Below, in pieces: positions 1 through 9,493 of a DNA stretch of 64,000 nt (position 1 is the stretch's first letter; each line of letters begins with the position of its first letter). The DNA comes from Candidatus Poribacteria bacterium (lineage in GTDB: Bacteria > Poribacteria > WGA-4E > WGA-3G), in assembly GCA_965237835.1 (NCBI GenBank), contig OZ250160.1:2675397-2739396 (forward strand), given 5' to 3'. Below the pieces are notes generated by a model. The model saw only the letters and a program-made list of their open reading frames with translations, was not told the DNA's origin and did no database searches. The position numbers were made by a program, and so were the translations under genes.

Positions 1-21
1 CAGACATTTCAGGTATATGCC

Positions 22-720
22 TCACTTCATTTTGAGTCTTCCCCAGGTGGTTGCGAGTTTAGCTTGCGGAGCAACGGGACGTGGTTTTCCGGGTCCGCCA
101 TTAGGGATATTTTCACCAGTAATTTGAAAATCATCAAACCGTGCACGTGCGTTTCCAACGACGAGTCCTGCTTTTCCACCTTCTAATGGGTCATCATCAA
201 TTGCTTTAATAATGAAGTCATTAATTCGGAAGTCGAGTGAACCATCTTCAAAAACGGTGGCTTCCAGTTCATACCATGTATCTATTTCTGCAGTATATGC
301 GCGTACCACACTACCATTACCCTCCGCCCACCTTCCTATTGAGGCGATCTCATTAACGTAGTCAATTAAAAATGCATAACTACTATTTTCGTCACCTCTG
401 TCATGAAGTACCAGTCCGATGTGTGGCGATCCATTCCCGTCCTCAACCATCTTTGCACGGCAGGACACAGTATAGTATTCCCACGTGAATTCACCTGTTG
501 TCCAAAGACTAAAAAAGGGGTTTTCAAAGATTTCTCCAACAGCCTCACCATCATTTATCCACCATTTTTCAAACTGCCGATTAAGGTTAAAGATTTCCCA
601 TTCCCGGATGTCATTATCTTCAAAGTCGTCGCGCCATGTGCCTGCATAGGTAGACAGAGTTGTCAATACTATAGTAGACAAAAAGATGGTACTGATAAAA
701 ACTAATGTTAATTTTTTCAT
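22..720 (-). CDS. Secreted LamG-like jellyroll / DUF1080-family (3-keto-disaccharide hydrolase-like) protein
   Basis: The ORF track gives 22..900, but that N-extension overlaps the upstream gene. An internal ATG at 718-720 gives MKKLTLVFISTIFLSTIVLTTLSTYA, a classic signal peptide, with GGAG 8 nt upstream. The C-terminal GKAGLVVGNARARFDDFQITG resembles the DUF1080/LamG terminal strand. Confidence 0.55.
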   Translation of the reverse strand: MKKLTLVFISTIFLSTIVLTTLSTYAGTWRDDFEDNDIREWEIFNLNRQFEKWWINDGEAVGEIFENPFFSLWTTGEFTWEYYTVSCRAKMVEDGNGSPHIGLVLHDRGDENSSYAFLIDYVNEIASIGRWAEGNGSVVRAYTAEIDTWYELEATVFEDGSLDFRINDFIIKAIDDDPLEGGKAGLVVGNARARFDDFQITGENIPNGGPGKPRPVAPQAKLATTWGRLKMK

Positions 721-730
721 AATTTTCTCC

Positions 731-3700
731 TTAGGATTTGGTGACAATGCAATTTCCCTGTGAATCTGCATAAGGGCAAGAACAACAATGTTCAAGATTT
801 TTCTTATAGTTTCCCTGCTGCAGCGAAATAATTTTTTGTTGCCACTTTTCTGAAATCTCAAGTAAATCCGTACTGCTAAAACACATTTTTTCATAAGCAC
901 TTTGTTCAGTAAAGATATAATTGATTATCACAAGTGGTTCATTTGGATATACTTTGCTTAAAAGCAGACTGTATAGTTCCATTTCTGGTTTATAGTACTC
1001 TAAATCTCGTCCTTTAAAAGTTATGTAATTGAGTCCCTGCCATCCACCTACTTGATCTCTATAAAGTCTGTCTATTCTACCTGAGATGATGTGCCCATTG
1101 ATATTGGCGTGAATTTGATGGTTGGTATAGGAATCAGACGTAGGAACCAAGGTTTGTGCTAACTCAGTATTGCGAAAATTATTGATATGAGTGCGAATCA
1201 CACCTATTACATCCGACACAATTGAACTTTGCCTTATATCAGGAAAATTCCTCAATGTATTAGTAATAAGTCTCTCTGGATTGTCTAAATCTAACGGGTG
1301 TTTGATCTGAGCAAGAACATGGTGAATTAGCGTGTCCATTTCAGTTTCATCCCAATCCGATTGTCCTTCTTCAAGTGGTGGAATTCGTAGCACATGTTCC
1401 AACTGGTAACGTAGAGGGCATCGGGCGTAGTTAGCAAGTTCTAAGACAGAAAAGGATCCCCCGAAATCAGATGACTTTGGCTGAGAGAAAGGAAGTTTCG
1501 GAAAATCAACTGGAGTTGTACCACGAGATACTTTATCTGTATCATCAGTATCGTAAAGTTGTCTGATAATTGGGGTTTGTAGTTGGAAAGACTGGCTCAT
1601 AGTTGCATTATTTGAATACGTTTCCACCGAAACTGGTATACTCAAAGAATCGGCATCTTCACCAATTCCAAGGTATTCGTCCAGCCATTTTAACATATTT
1701 TCGGGATTACCGTACTCATTAAGTGACCCGGATAGAATAAGTCTATCTCTTGCGCGGGTTGCCCCAACATAAAACAAACGTTTCTTTTCGGCTTCGTCTT
1801 TAGCACTAGCATAATCTTTCATCAGAGAAACAATCTCTGGAGCAGTTTTTGTATAATTTTCCTCCGACTTATGTGGACTAAATCCTATTCCAAGTTCATC
1901 ATCAATAAATGGTTCTCTGCCATATTGCCCTTGTCGATTAAGTGAGGGAAGTATGACAACTGGGAATTGTTTCCCTTTGGCAGAATGGATTGTCATAATC
2001 TGAACTGCACCACTGCTATCCTCAATGGGAGCTTGTCCCTCCCGTGGTTCTTCAGTAATTAGGATGTCAAGAAAATCAATAAAATGAGTCAAGGTTTGCT
2101 GGTCCTCATCGCCATCAAAATTTCTGGCAAGTTCTAAGAGTTTCTGGTAGTTCGCCCATTTTTGCTGTCCCTGTTTACCTAATTTCAGTGTTCCGATCAT
2201 CCCCGTTTCATTAACAATGGTTAGAATGAGTTGGTTAATTGACATTCGATGGGCAATCTGCATGTGATGTTTTAATGTGACAATCGCTTTTGTAAGGTGT
2301 TCCGATGGAGATAGATATTTTTGAACCTTTTTCCAGAAACTGTCCTCCTTTTGCCGCGAAATTTCATACAACTCAGTGTCAGAAATCCCGAAGGCGGGAC
2401 CACGTAGAATACCGATAAGTGAGGTATCGTTTTCTTGTGGTGTGTTAAGAAAACTAAGGTAATTCCAAATATCGTAGATTTCTTGTCGTTGATAGAAACC
2501 AACACCACCTGTTGTGAGATAAGGGATACCAGCAGAAAGCAGCGCGTGTTCAATTTCAGGTAAGTGTCTTCTACTACGGATTAAGATTGAGATGTCACCA
2601 TATTCAATTGGTTTGGGAAATTTATCATCACCTTTGCCTTGCACCCATATCTCTTCATTGTTCGTTATCATTTTTTTGATGTGTTGTGCAATGAGTGTAT
2701 ATTCGTTTATTGGTTCATCACCTTTTTGTCCAAGCACGATTTCAACAGCACCGTTACCCTTGGAAGCGCGCGCTTGCGTAAGGGGTTCAAACTGCACTTC
2801 AAATTCATTTTCTGTACCATCTCCCATCAGACGTTTGAAAAAGTAATTCACAAATCCGACAGTATCGCGTAGGGAACGGAAATTTTCTTGGAGTTGGATA
2901 TTCTCACCTACATCCCCAATTTTTTGTTTTGTTTTTTCAAACACACGAACATCAGCCCCACGAAACCCGAAAATACTTTGTTTCGGGTCACCAACAATAA
3001 ATAGATTAGCATCTTGAAGGTCATTTGTGAGCAGCATCACTAACTCATACTGTAATTCATTTGTGTCCTGATATTCGTCTACCATGTAATACTTATATCG
3101 TTCCACCAATTTCTGGCGGATGCTATTGTTATTTTTAAGAAGGTCTCGTGTTTTTAGCTGCAGGTCTTCAAAATCAAGTTTGCCTTGAGAGAGTTTGTTA
3201 TTTTGGTAATCGTTGAGGATTCGGAGATAAAGTGTCAATAGGTAATCTGTTGTGCTAATAAGGAATTGGTCATCTGTTTCGTCATTTTCTTCCGTTAGCG
3301 GTGTGGCTGATTTAATATGTTGTGAAGCAGATGCCAGAAATTTGATTTCATTTGTTAAGCCGCTTATGTCAACTCCCGTTCCGATAAAAGCTGCTTTCGC
3401 AATACTACCACTTTTAGTTGTAATTAATTCAGCAATTTTCCTTCGTAATATGTGTCCTTCAACAGGATTAAAATTTGCTTTGAGTTTTAGACTTAACACA
3501 TTTACTTCTGCAGCATTTTTACCTTTTGCAATATCCAAAACAGGAAATAGGCTATTAATCCATTTATCCGTAATCTGTTGATTCCAGAATTCATATAACG
3601 TTTCGTTGTTTTGCTTCCTATAGGTTTGTGAAATGATTGCCTTGACAGCATCACGTTTCTCTACCATGGTGGAGAATAGTTCTGTTAATTTTTGACGATT

Positions 3701-4171
3701 TCCATACCTTTGTAAAGAACGATGGAGTTCAGTATGATGTTCATCATTTGTATTTGTTGCAATGTCCTGCAGTGTATTTTTAATGGTGTGTCGTAGCAAA
3801 AGTGTCTGGTCAATACCTCGTAGGACACCGAAGTTCGCTGGGACACCGGCTTGAAATGGAAATTCTCTCAGAATGCGTGAACAGAAGGCGTGAATAGTTG
3901 AGATAGGTGCAATGTTCATCTCCTCAAGACACTGTTCCCGATTCTTTAAATCTGTCGCATCCTTGAGGTTCTCTATAACGCGTCCTTTCATTTCTGCAGC
4001 AGCTTTTTCGGTGAAAGTAATGGCAACAATATCACGTGGCGTAACACCATTTTGTAAAATCTTTAGGTAACGGTCAACTAACACAGTAGTTTTCCCGGAT
4101 CCCGCACCGGCAGTAACACAGATATGTTGGCTAATGTTGGATGCTTTTCGCTGATTTGGTGTACGGTTCAT
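731..4171 (-). CDS. UvrD/PcrA-family ATP-dependent helicase fused to a C-terminal RecB-like PD-(D/E)XK nuclease (AddA-like)
   Basis: 1146 aa. Walker A AGAGSGKTT lies near the N-terminus and UvrD-type helicase motifs run throughout. The C-terminal cysteine cluster (CCSCPYADSQGNC) and the RCPLRYQLEHV motif are typical of the AddA/AddB/Cas4 nuclease domain. Confidence 0.8.
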   Translation of the reverse strand: MNRTPNQRKASNISQHICVTAGAGSGKTTVLVDRYLKILQNGVTPRDIVAITFTEKAAAEMKGRVIENLKDATDLKNREQCLEEMNIAPISTIHAFCSRILREFPFQAGVPANFGVLRGIDQTLLLRHTIKNTLQDIATNTNDEHHTELHRSLQRYGNRQKLTELFSTMVEKRDAVKAIISQTYRKQNNETLYEFWNQQITDKWINSLFPVLDIAKGKNAAEVNVLSLKLKANFNPVEGHILRRKIAELITTKSGSIAKAAFIGTGVDISGLTNEIKFLASASQHIKSATPLTEENDETDDQFLISTTDYLLTLYLRILNDYQNNKLSQGKLDFEDLQLKTRDLLKNNNSIRQKLVERYKYYMVDEYQDTNELQYELVMLLTNDLQDANLFIVGDPKQSIFGFRGADVRVFEKTKQKIGDVGENIQLQENFRSLRDTVGFVNYFFKRLMGDGTENEFEVQFEPLTQARASKGNGAVEIVLGQKGDEPINEYTLIAQHIKKMITNNEEIWVQGKGDDKFPKPIEYGDISILIRSRRHLPEIEHALLSAGIPYLTTGGVGFYQRQEIYDIWNYLSFLNTPQENDTSLIGILRGPAFGISDTELYEISRQKEDSFWKKVQKYLSPSEHLTKAIVTLKHHMQIAHRMSINQLILTIVNETGMIGTLKLGKQGQQKWANYQKLLELARNFDGDEDQQTLTHFIDFLDILITEEPREGQAPIEDSSGAVQIMTIHSAKGKQFPVVILPSLNRQGQYGREPFIDDELGIGFSPHKSEENYTKTAPEIVSLMKDYASAKDEAEKKRLFYVGATRARDRLILSGSLNEYGNPENMLKWLDEYLGIGEDADSLSIPVSVETYSNNATMSQSFQLQTPIIRQLYDTDDTDKVSRGTTPVDFPKLPFSQPKSSDFGGSFSVLELANYARCPLRYQLEHVLRIPPLEEGQSDWDETEMDTLIHHVLAQIKHPLDLDNPERLITNTLRNFPDIRQSSIVSDVIGVIRTHINNFRNTELAQTLVPTSDSYTNHQIHANINGHIISGRIDRLYRDQVGGWQGLNYITFKGRDLEYYKPEMELYSLLLSKVYPNEPLVIINYIFTEQSAYEKMCFSSTDLLEISEKWQQKIISLQQGNYKKNLEHCCSCPYADSQGNCIVTKS

Positions 4172-4202
4172 TTTATTAATCTATTTTTAATTATTTCTGA
4201 AC

Positions 4203-4650
4203 TTTTTAGAAGTTGTTGAAGCCCCTGCATAAGTGCTGAGAAACTATGTGGCATCTGTGTTTACACCTTATCCGCAAGCCGTCCTGTCCATTTGAAAAAC
4301 TGACGTTCAACGTCAGTTTTTAAGAGTTGCTGATGCCTCTGCATAAGTGCTGAGAAACTATGTGGCGTCTGTGTTTACACCTTATCCGCAAGCCGTCCTG
4401 TCCATTTGAAAAACTGACGTTCAACGTCAGTTTTTAAGAGTTGCTGATGCCTCTGCATAAGTGCTGAGAAACTATGTGGCATCTGTGTTTACACCTTATC
4501 CGCAAGCCGTCCTGTCCATTTGAAAAACTGACGTTCAACGTCAGTTTTTAAGAGTTGCTGATGCCTCTGCATAAGTGCTGAGAAACTATGTGGCGTCTGT
4601 GTTTACACCTTATCCGCAAGCCGTCCTGTCCATTTGAAAAACTGACGTTC
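4203..4650. repeat. Tandem array of about 3.9 copies of a 114-bp unit, each containing the perfect palindrome AAAAACTGACGTT-C-AACGTCAGTTTTT
   Basis: The anchor CATAAGTGCTGAG recurs at 4228, 4342, 4456 and 4570, exactly 114 bp apart. Copies alternate A/G at one position (GGCATCTG vs GGCGTCTG). Each palindrome is flanked by an A-run and a T-run, which is the geometry of a bidirectional intrinsic terminator. Confidence 0.9.
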
Positions 4651-4709
4651 TCTTGTAGCATCTATCATAAAAATCCTTCCATTGTATCTTGACATTTGCC
4701 GTTCAACAG

Positions 4710-5783
4710 TTAATTATTTATAGGCAATGGGACAATTGCTTTTGGAGATATTGAGATATTAACAGTTTCTCCAGGTTTCTTTGTATCAGTGCCGGGATTA
4801 TGGATGATCGCTTTCAGTTTCAAAGTGTCTGCAATTCTCAATTCGTATTCTTCAACTCTACCTAAATAGGTGACTGCCCTAACTTTTGCGGTTAATTGGT
4901 TTGATGTAGAATTTCCATTTAGATGAATCGTCTCTGGACGAATGGAACAACTGACCTCTTGTCCGGGAGTGAATTTGTGGTGTACACTTTCTGTATGCAG
5001 AACACCTACAGGCGTTTCAATTGTAGCTTTACCATCAACTATTTCTTGGATTTTACCCGATATGAAATTCGTTTCACCCACAAAACTTGCTACAAATGGG
5101 TCTGCGGGGTATTGATAGATTTCACGCGGGGTACCAACCTGAACAAAAACGCCATCTTTCATGATAGCCATTCGGTCAGCCATTGAAATAGCCTCCACTT
5201 GGTCGTGGGTTACATATATGGTCGTAATTTGCGTGCGATTATGAATTTCTTTCATCTCATCACGTAGGTTTTGGCGAAGTGCAGCATCCAAATTGCTGAG
5301 TGGTTCATCAAGGAGTAACACACTCGGTTCAATCACTAACGCACGTGCCAAAGCAATACGTTGTTGTTGTCCACCCGAAAGCGTGTTCACAGGACGATCA
5401 CGGTAATCGAACATCTCAACCATATCAAGAACGGTAGTGATTTTTTCGTTACGGATAGATTTATCAAGTTTTCGAAGTCTGAGACCATATTCTATGTTTT
5501 CAGAAACGGTCATGTGTGGCCACAATGCATAGTTTTGAAAAACCATACCAGTGTTGCGTTGGTGTGGTGGAACGTTATTCATTTCTTCATCGTCAAACCG
5601 AAGTTCTCCACCGTCTGGATGATAAAAACCTGCTATCACGCGGAGCAATGTTGATTTTCCACATCCAGATGGTCCAAGCAAGAAAAATAGTTCACCGGGG
5701 GCAATTGTCAACGATATATCATTGACTGCCAACATGGTATCAAATGCTTTTGTTATATGGTTTAATTGGACACTAACTGACAT
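4710..5783 (-). CDS. ABC transporter ATP-binding subunit (PotA/FbpC/MalK-like, with a C-terminal TOBE-like domain)
   Basis: Walker A GPSGCGKST, Q-loop, ABC signature LSGGQQQRIALARAL, Walker B LLLDEP and H-loop are all present. A C-terminal beta-rich region of about 120 aa follows. No permease gene is adjacent. Confidence 0.8.
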   Translation of the reverse strand: MSVSVQLNHITKAFDTMLAVNDISLTIAPGELFFLLGPSGCGKSTLLRVIAGFYHPDGGELRFDDEEMNNVPPHQRNTGMVFQNYALWPHMTVSENIEYGLRLRKLDKSIRNEKITTVLDMVEMFDYRDRPVNTLSGGQQQRIALARALVIEPSVLLLDEPLSNLDAALRQNLRDEMKEIHNRTQITTIYVTHDQVEAISMADRMAIMKDGVFVQVGTPREIYQYPADPFVASFVGETNFISGKIQEIVDGKATIETPVGVLHTESVHHKFTPGQEVSCSIRPETIHLNGNSTSNQLTAKVRAVTYLGRVEEYELRIADTLKLKAIIHNPGTDTKKPGETVNISISPKAIVPLPINN

Positions 5784-5974
5784 AAATTGGATACCTCAAC
5801 AAATCCTTAATCTTCATACAGTTGTAGGTTTGACATTCCACGAACGGTAGTAGCGGTTTCCTAATCGCTCCGTGTCGGACGAGAAAATCACAATCTACGC
5901 GGTCATCTCAGAATACCCGTGTTTGAGTTTCACTTGCAGTTCAACTCATCCTACAGAATCTATGAATAAAATGG

Positions 5975-6793
5975 TCATTTATCTACATCTTTAACACATC
6001 TGAAACCGATAGTGCTGCCAGAAGTTAGATGATACCATCGATCGGAGACGCGTAGATCGGTACTACTTCCACCCCAGCCGCCACCACGTAATATACGAAA
6101 GTTCTCATGCTTTGGTGCTGACACGTTTCCAAAACGAGGGTTGTTTACTGGTGACATCCTATAGAATTCACCATTATACGCATCAAAACACCATTCCCAG
6201 ACATTACCAGCCATATCGTATAAACCGAAACCGTTCGGTGAAAAACTTCCGACAGGAGATGTGCTTTTCCAAATGTCATTACCACCAATGCCACCGAAAT
6301 TGGCATCATCATGCGTGATAGTATCACCTGATGGATACTGCTTTCCAACAAAATTACCGCGTGCCGCATATTCCCATTCTGCCTCAGTAGGTAGCCTTTT
6401 GTTCGCCCAATTTGCATAAGCAACAGCATCGTTCCAATAAACATTAACCACAGGGTCATTAGGCTTATTGAATTTTGGGTCGTGCCATAGAGGTGGCGGC
6501 GAATGTCCCGTTGCTAACATAAACTGCTGGTAACGGGCATTTGTAACCTCGTGTATGTCAATATAAAATGCATCAATATAAACCTCATGAACTGGATACT
6601 CATCCGCATCTCCAGTGCCTTCAATTGCGTTTCCCATAAGAAAAGTACCGGAGGGTATAAGACGCATTTGTGCACTATCTATATTGGAAACTATTGTTTC
6701 AGCGAATTCCTCTGATGGGACACTGTTTTGAGAAGATTCAGAGCATGCACATAGGATGCATATTGAAAGAAGTAAAATTCCTGTGATACTCAC
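5975..6793 (-). CDS. Formylglycine-generating enzyme (FGE/SUMF1)-family domain lipoprotein
   Basis: Lipoprotein signal MSITGILLLSICILCAC. FGE-sulfatase family hallmarks are present: NVWEWC, RGGSW-like RGGGWGG, and the W/Y/G-rich core. Confidence 0.8.
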   Translation of the reverse strand: MSITGILLLSICILCACSESSQNSVPSEEFAETIVSNIDSAQMRLIPSGTFLMGNAIEGTGDADEYPVHEVYIDAFYIDIHEVTNARYQQFMLATGHSPPPLWHDPKFNKPNDPVVNVYWNDAVAYANWANKRLPTEAEWEYAARGNFVGKQYPSGDTITHDDANFGGIGGNDIWKSTSPVGSFSPNGFGLYDMAGNVWEWCFDAYNGEFYRMSPVNNPRFGNVSAPKHENFRILRGGGWGGSSTDLRVSDRWYHLTSGSTIGFRCVKDVDK

Positions 6794-7248
6794 GACGGCT
6801 AAAGCCGTGTGCTTCTTTTAGCACACAACCTCTCCTATGTGATTCCTGCTTCTACACAGTTTGCCACCCCGCCATGCTAACCGAAGTTACTGACTTATAT
6901 GTGGTCTTATATCTGTTCCACAGGCGTTTATTCTCTCGGTATATCCTACCGCGAGGTTAAAGATTAATTCGCACTTTGCATCTTAAATCTTTTTGATAAG
7001 ATAGCGTCTCGGGCGATGGCTTATCGCAACTTGTCCCTCTGGGGATCCGCCAAGTTGGACTATCTGCACACTTCCCATAACTACGGTGCCAGTGGACTGC
7101 CTTCTGCAGTGTGGGCTTCGGTTCGTCCTACGTTATTTCGCAGGACGCTACAGAGCCTTGCTTGTCTCAAATAATCTAAAGGACTTCTGCACGAGTTGAC
7201 ATGATTGGACCCGAAGTCTAAAGACTTGGGATTGTTAGTTAATTCCCT

Positions 7249-8679
7249 TCATACTAATTTTGAGGCAATCTCATCTGCGGTTTGGATCAACCTTTTCTGT
7301 TCTTTGTCAAAAAGAGTCCGAACATCAAACCACAATTGATCATTTTCAATCCGACCAATGATAGGTGTACTACCGCGTCTGAAATGTTCCGACAGTTTTT
7401 CTACAGAAATCGTTAGTGGCGTAAGCACAACAGCAATGCTTGGCAATGTTTCAACAGGAAGTGACCCGCTACCAATTTCTGATTGCGCTTCAGATATCTC
7501 AATTGAGACTAAGTCCTCGAAAATTACATTGAGTCTGTTTGAAATGTGATTTGCTGTAGTATTTAATTCATCAATAGACCGAGTGTAACGCTGGAGCATT
7601 GGGAGTAGGTCAGTGATAGCGTCCTGATTGAGGTAAGTTTGTAAGGTAGCAGACAACGCAGCTATAGTAAGTTTATCAACACGTAATGCACGCATGAGTG
7701 GATTCTTTCTGATTTGATGGACCCACGCAGCTTTTCCAACAATAATGCCTGCCTGTGGACCACCAAGTAACTTGTCACCGCTAAAGGTGACGATGTCCAC
7801 TCCACAATCAATCCTATCCGCAACAACAGGTTCGTTAGGAAGACCATATTGTGATAGATCAATCAACGCACCACTGCCTAAATCCTCCATCGTTGGGATA
7901 CCGCGTTCGACACCGAGTTCAGTCAATTCGTGTATCTCAGGTGTTGTGGTAAAACCCACAATCTTATAATTGCTTGGATGCACCTTTAAGAGAAGTGCAG
8001 TGTTGTCGTTGATCGCTTCAGCATAATCCCTAAGATGTGTCCGATTAGTTGTACCAACTTCTCTCAGAATCGCTCCGCTTGCTTCCATTACGTCAGGTAT
8101 ACGAAAGGCACCGCCAATTTCAATTAACTCGCCGCGTGATACGATGACCTCTTTTCCTCGCGCAACGGTTTGCAGCGCAATTAATACCGCAGCAGCGTTG
8201 TTATTAACGACTGTTGACGCCTCACATCCTGTCAATTGTTGAAGTAGAGGTTCAGTAATCCGATCCCGATGTCCACGTTTGCCGGTCTCAAGATCATATT
8301 CAAGGTTGACATAATTTTGTGCTGCTTTTTGAAGACTTTTACACGCAGAAGGAGATAACAAGGAACGACCAAGGTTTGTATGTGTTACGGTTCCAGTTGC
8401 ATTAACAACGGTGCGGAGCGGGGGACGGGTTTTTTCAGTAATTTGCTGAAGTACTAATTCAGCATATTCAGATGGTTCGGGGAGTTTCAGATCTGCTTCT
8501 CCACCCAGAATTTGGTCTCGAATATCAGAAACAACTGATCGTAGTGCCTCAATAACAAGTGATCGACCATAAGAATCTTGCAGCTCATGTATCTCAGGCA
8601 GCGATAGAAGTTTTTCTATCGCTGGAAGTTGTCGGAGTAGGTTAGTGTTGTCGTTCTGTGTCTGAGTTTTTATTGTCAA
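7249..8679 (-). CDS. selA: L-seryl-tRNA(Sec) selenium transferase SelA
   Basis: 476 aa PLP-dependent enzyme. The FSGDKLLGGPQAGIIVGK region carries the PLP lysine. Length and overall collinearity with bacterial SelA also fit. Confidence 0.85.
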   Translation of the reverse strand: MTIKTQTQNDNTNLLRQLPAIEKLLSLPEIHELQDSYGRSLVIEALRSVVSDIRDQILGGEADLKLPEPSEYAELVLQQITEKTRPPLRTVVNATGTVTHTNLGRSLLSPSACKSLQKAAQNYVNLEYDLETGKRGHRDRITEPLLQQLTGCEASTVVNNNAAAVLIALQTVARGKEVIVSRGELIEIGGAFRIPDVMEASGAILREVGTTNRTHLRDYAEAINDNTALLLKVHPSNYKIVGFTTTPEIHELTELGVERGIPTMEDLGSGALIDLSQYGLPNEPVVADRIDCGVDIVTFSGDKLLGGPQAGIIVGKAAWVHQIRKNPLMRALRVDKLTIAALSATLQTYLNQDAITDLLPMLQRYTRSIDELNTTANHISNRLNVIFEDLVSIEISEAQSEIGSGSLPVETLPSIAVVLTPLTISVEKLSEHFRRGSTPIIGRIENDQLWFDVRTLFDKEQKRLIQTADEIASKLV

Positions 8680-8879
8680 CTTCTTATTCCAGATTAAGTT
8701 AATGATAGTATGTAGCTTAAAAATACAGAATTTATTTTATTTTGCATTGTGATGAATTTTATCAAATAAACCTTCAGATGTCAAATGAAAAGTTTTTGTC
8801 ACCTTATGCATCAATTTAGGATGTATCGCTCATCGGGTAGAACGAAGCAACCCATAGATGTCAATTTAGCGGTCCTCAA

Positions 8880-9375
8880 GGGCTGGTAGGTGCGGTTTCT
8901 AACCGCACCATAAGCGTCAATTTAAGGAAAGAACTCGTTCGTAGTCGCGCAATTCATTGCGCCTCTTACATTCAAAGAAAAGCTTAGCCCCAACGCGGTA
9001 GGTGCGGTTTGTAACCGCACCGGATTCTGTGGAGTATGTGTGAGATAACGGTTTCCGCGAACGACTCGGTGCGGTTACAAACCGCACCTACCAGCCCTGG
9101 AGGATCACTAAATTGACGCATAAGGTGCGGTTAGAAACCGCACCTACCAGCCCTGGGAAATCGGGATTACCGATTTAAATACTTAAACTTCATCTAACCG
9201 CACCGGACTTATCCAAGGAACGGCAAGCATGTTTTGTAATAGCTTAAATTGACGCTAATGGTGCGGTTAGAAACCGCACCTACCGGCCCTGGTGAAATCG
9301 GGTAGTGTGCGTTTTCTGTGTATGACTCGGTTCGGTTAGGAAACCGAACCTACCGTTCTTGGTTTCTTAAATTGA
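8880..9375. repeat. Cluster of at least 8 copies of a dispersed palindromic element (family 1): AAATTGACGC-nTAn-GGTGCGGTT-n3-AACCGCACC-TACC, in both orientations
   Basis: Copies are visible near 8885, 8995, 9065, 9105, 9190, 9245 and 9330 (the last is a GGTTCGGTT variant). The cluster fills the divergent selA/lepA intergenic region. Further copies lie at about 15330, 27661, 27811, 40921, 41221, 43971 and 63770. Confidence 0.85.
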
Positions 9376-9475
9376 CACCTATAGATTTCGCTTCGCTATA
9401 CCCGACGGACAATAATATTTGTGACAAAACTTCACACCCGCCAACAATCTTTTTATGGCAAATTGACCAAAATTG

Positions 9476-9484
9476 TGGTATACT
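9476..9484 (+). promoter_or_regulatory. Extended -10 promoter box TGgTATACT immediately upstream of lepA
   Basis: TG-n-TATACT at 9476-9484. The ATG is at 9494 and no Shine-Dalgarno lies between them, so the predicted transcript would be leaderless or near-leaderless. A TTGACC at 9463 is only 10 nt upstream and is not a canonically spaced -35. Confidence 0.3.
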
Positions 9485-9493
9485 ATTTACATC

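Noticed and set aside
22-900. Track ORF 22..900 (292 aa) as the full gene
   Set aside because: The first 60 codons overlap the 3' end of the upstream helicase gene and have no signal-peptide logic. The internal ATG at 718-720 gives a textbook signal peptide with a GGAG Shine-Dalgarno, so I called 22..720.
4203-4650. Possible CRISPR array
   Set aside because: The units are contiguous 114-bp direct repeats with no unique spacers, and no cas genes are nearby. The iteron cluster at 40985-41205 has alternating orientation and again no spacers.
6794-7248. tmRNA / RNase P RNA / SRP RNA / cobalamin riboswitch in the long intergenic region
   Set aside because: I could not find the GGGG...UCCACCA tmRNA ends or an ANDENYALAA-type tag reading frame. 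The RNase P P4 consensus (AGGAAAGUCCGGGCUCC) and the SRP domain IV motif are also absent. The GCCACTG-like stretch is too isolated to call a B12 element.
9456-9468. Sigma-54 (-24/-12) promoter TGGCAAATTGACC upstream of lepA
   Set aside because: The spacing between the GG and GC elements is wrong for the TGGCAC-N5-TTGC consensus. The sequence is better explained as the AAATTGAC box of the family-1 repeat.
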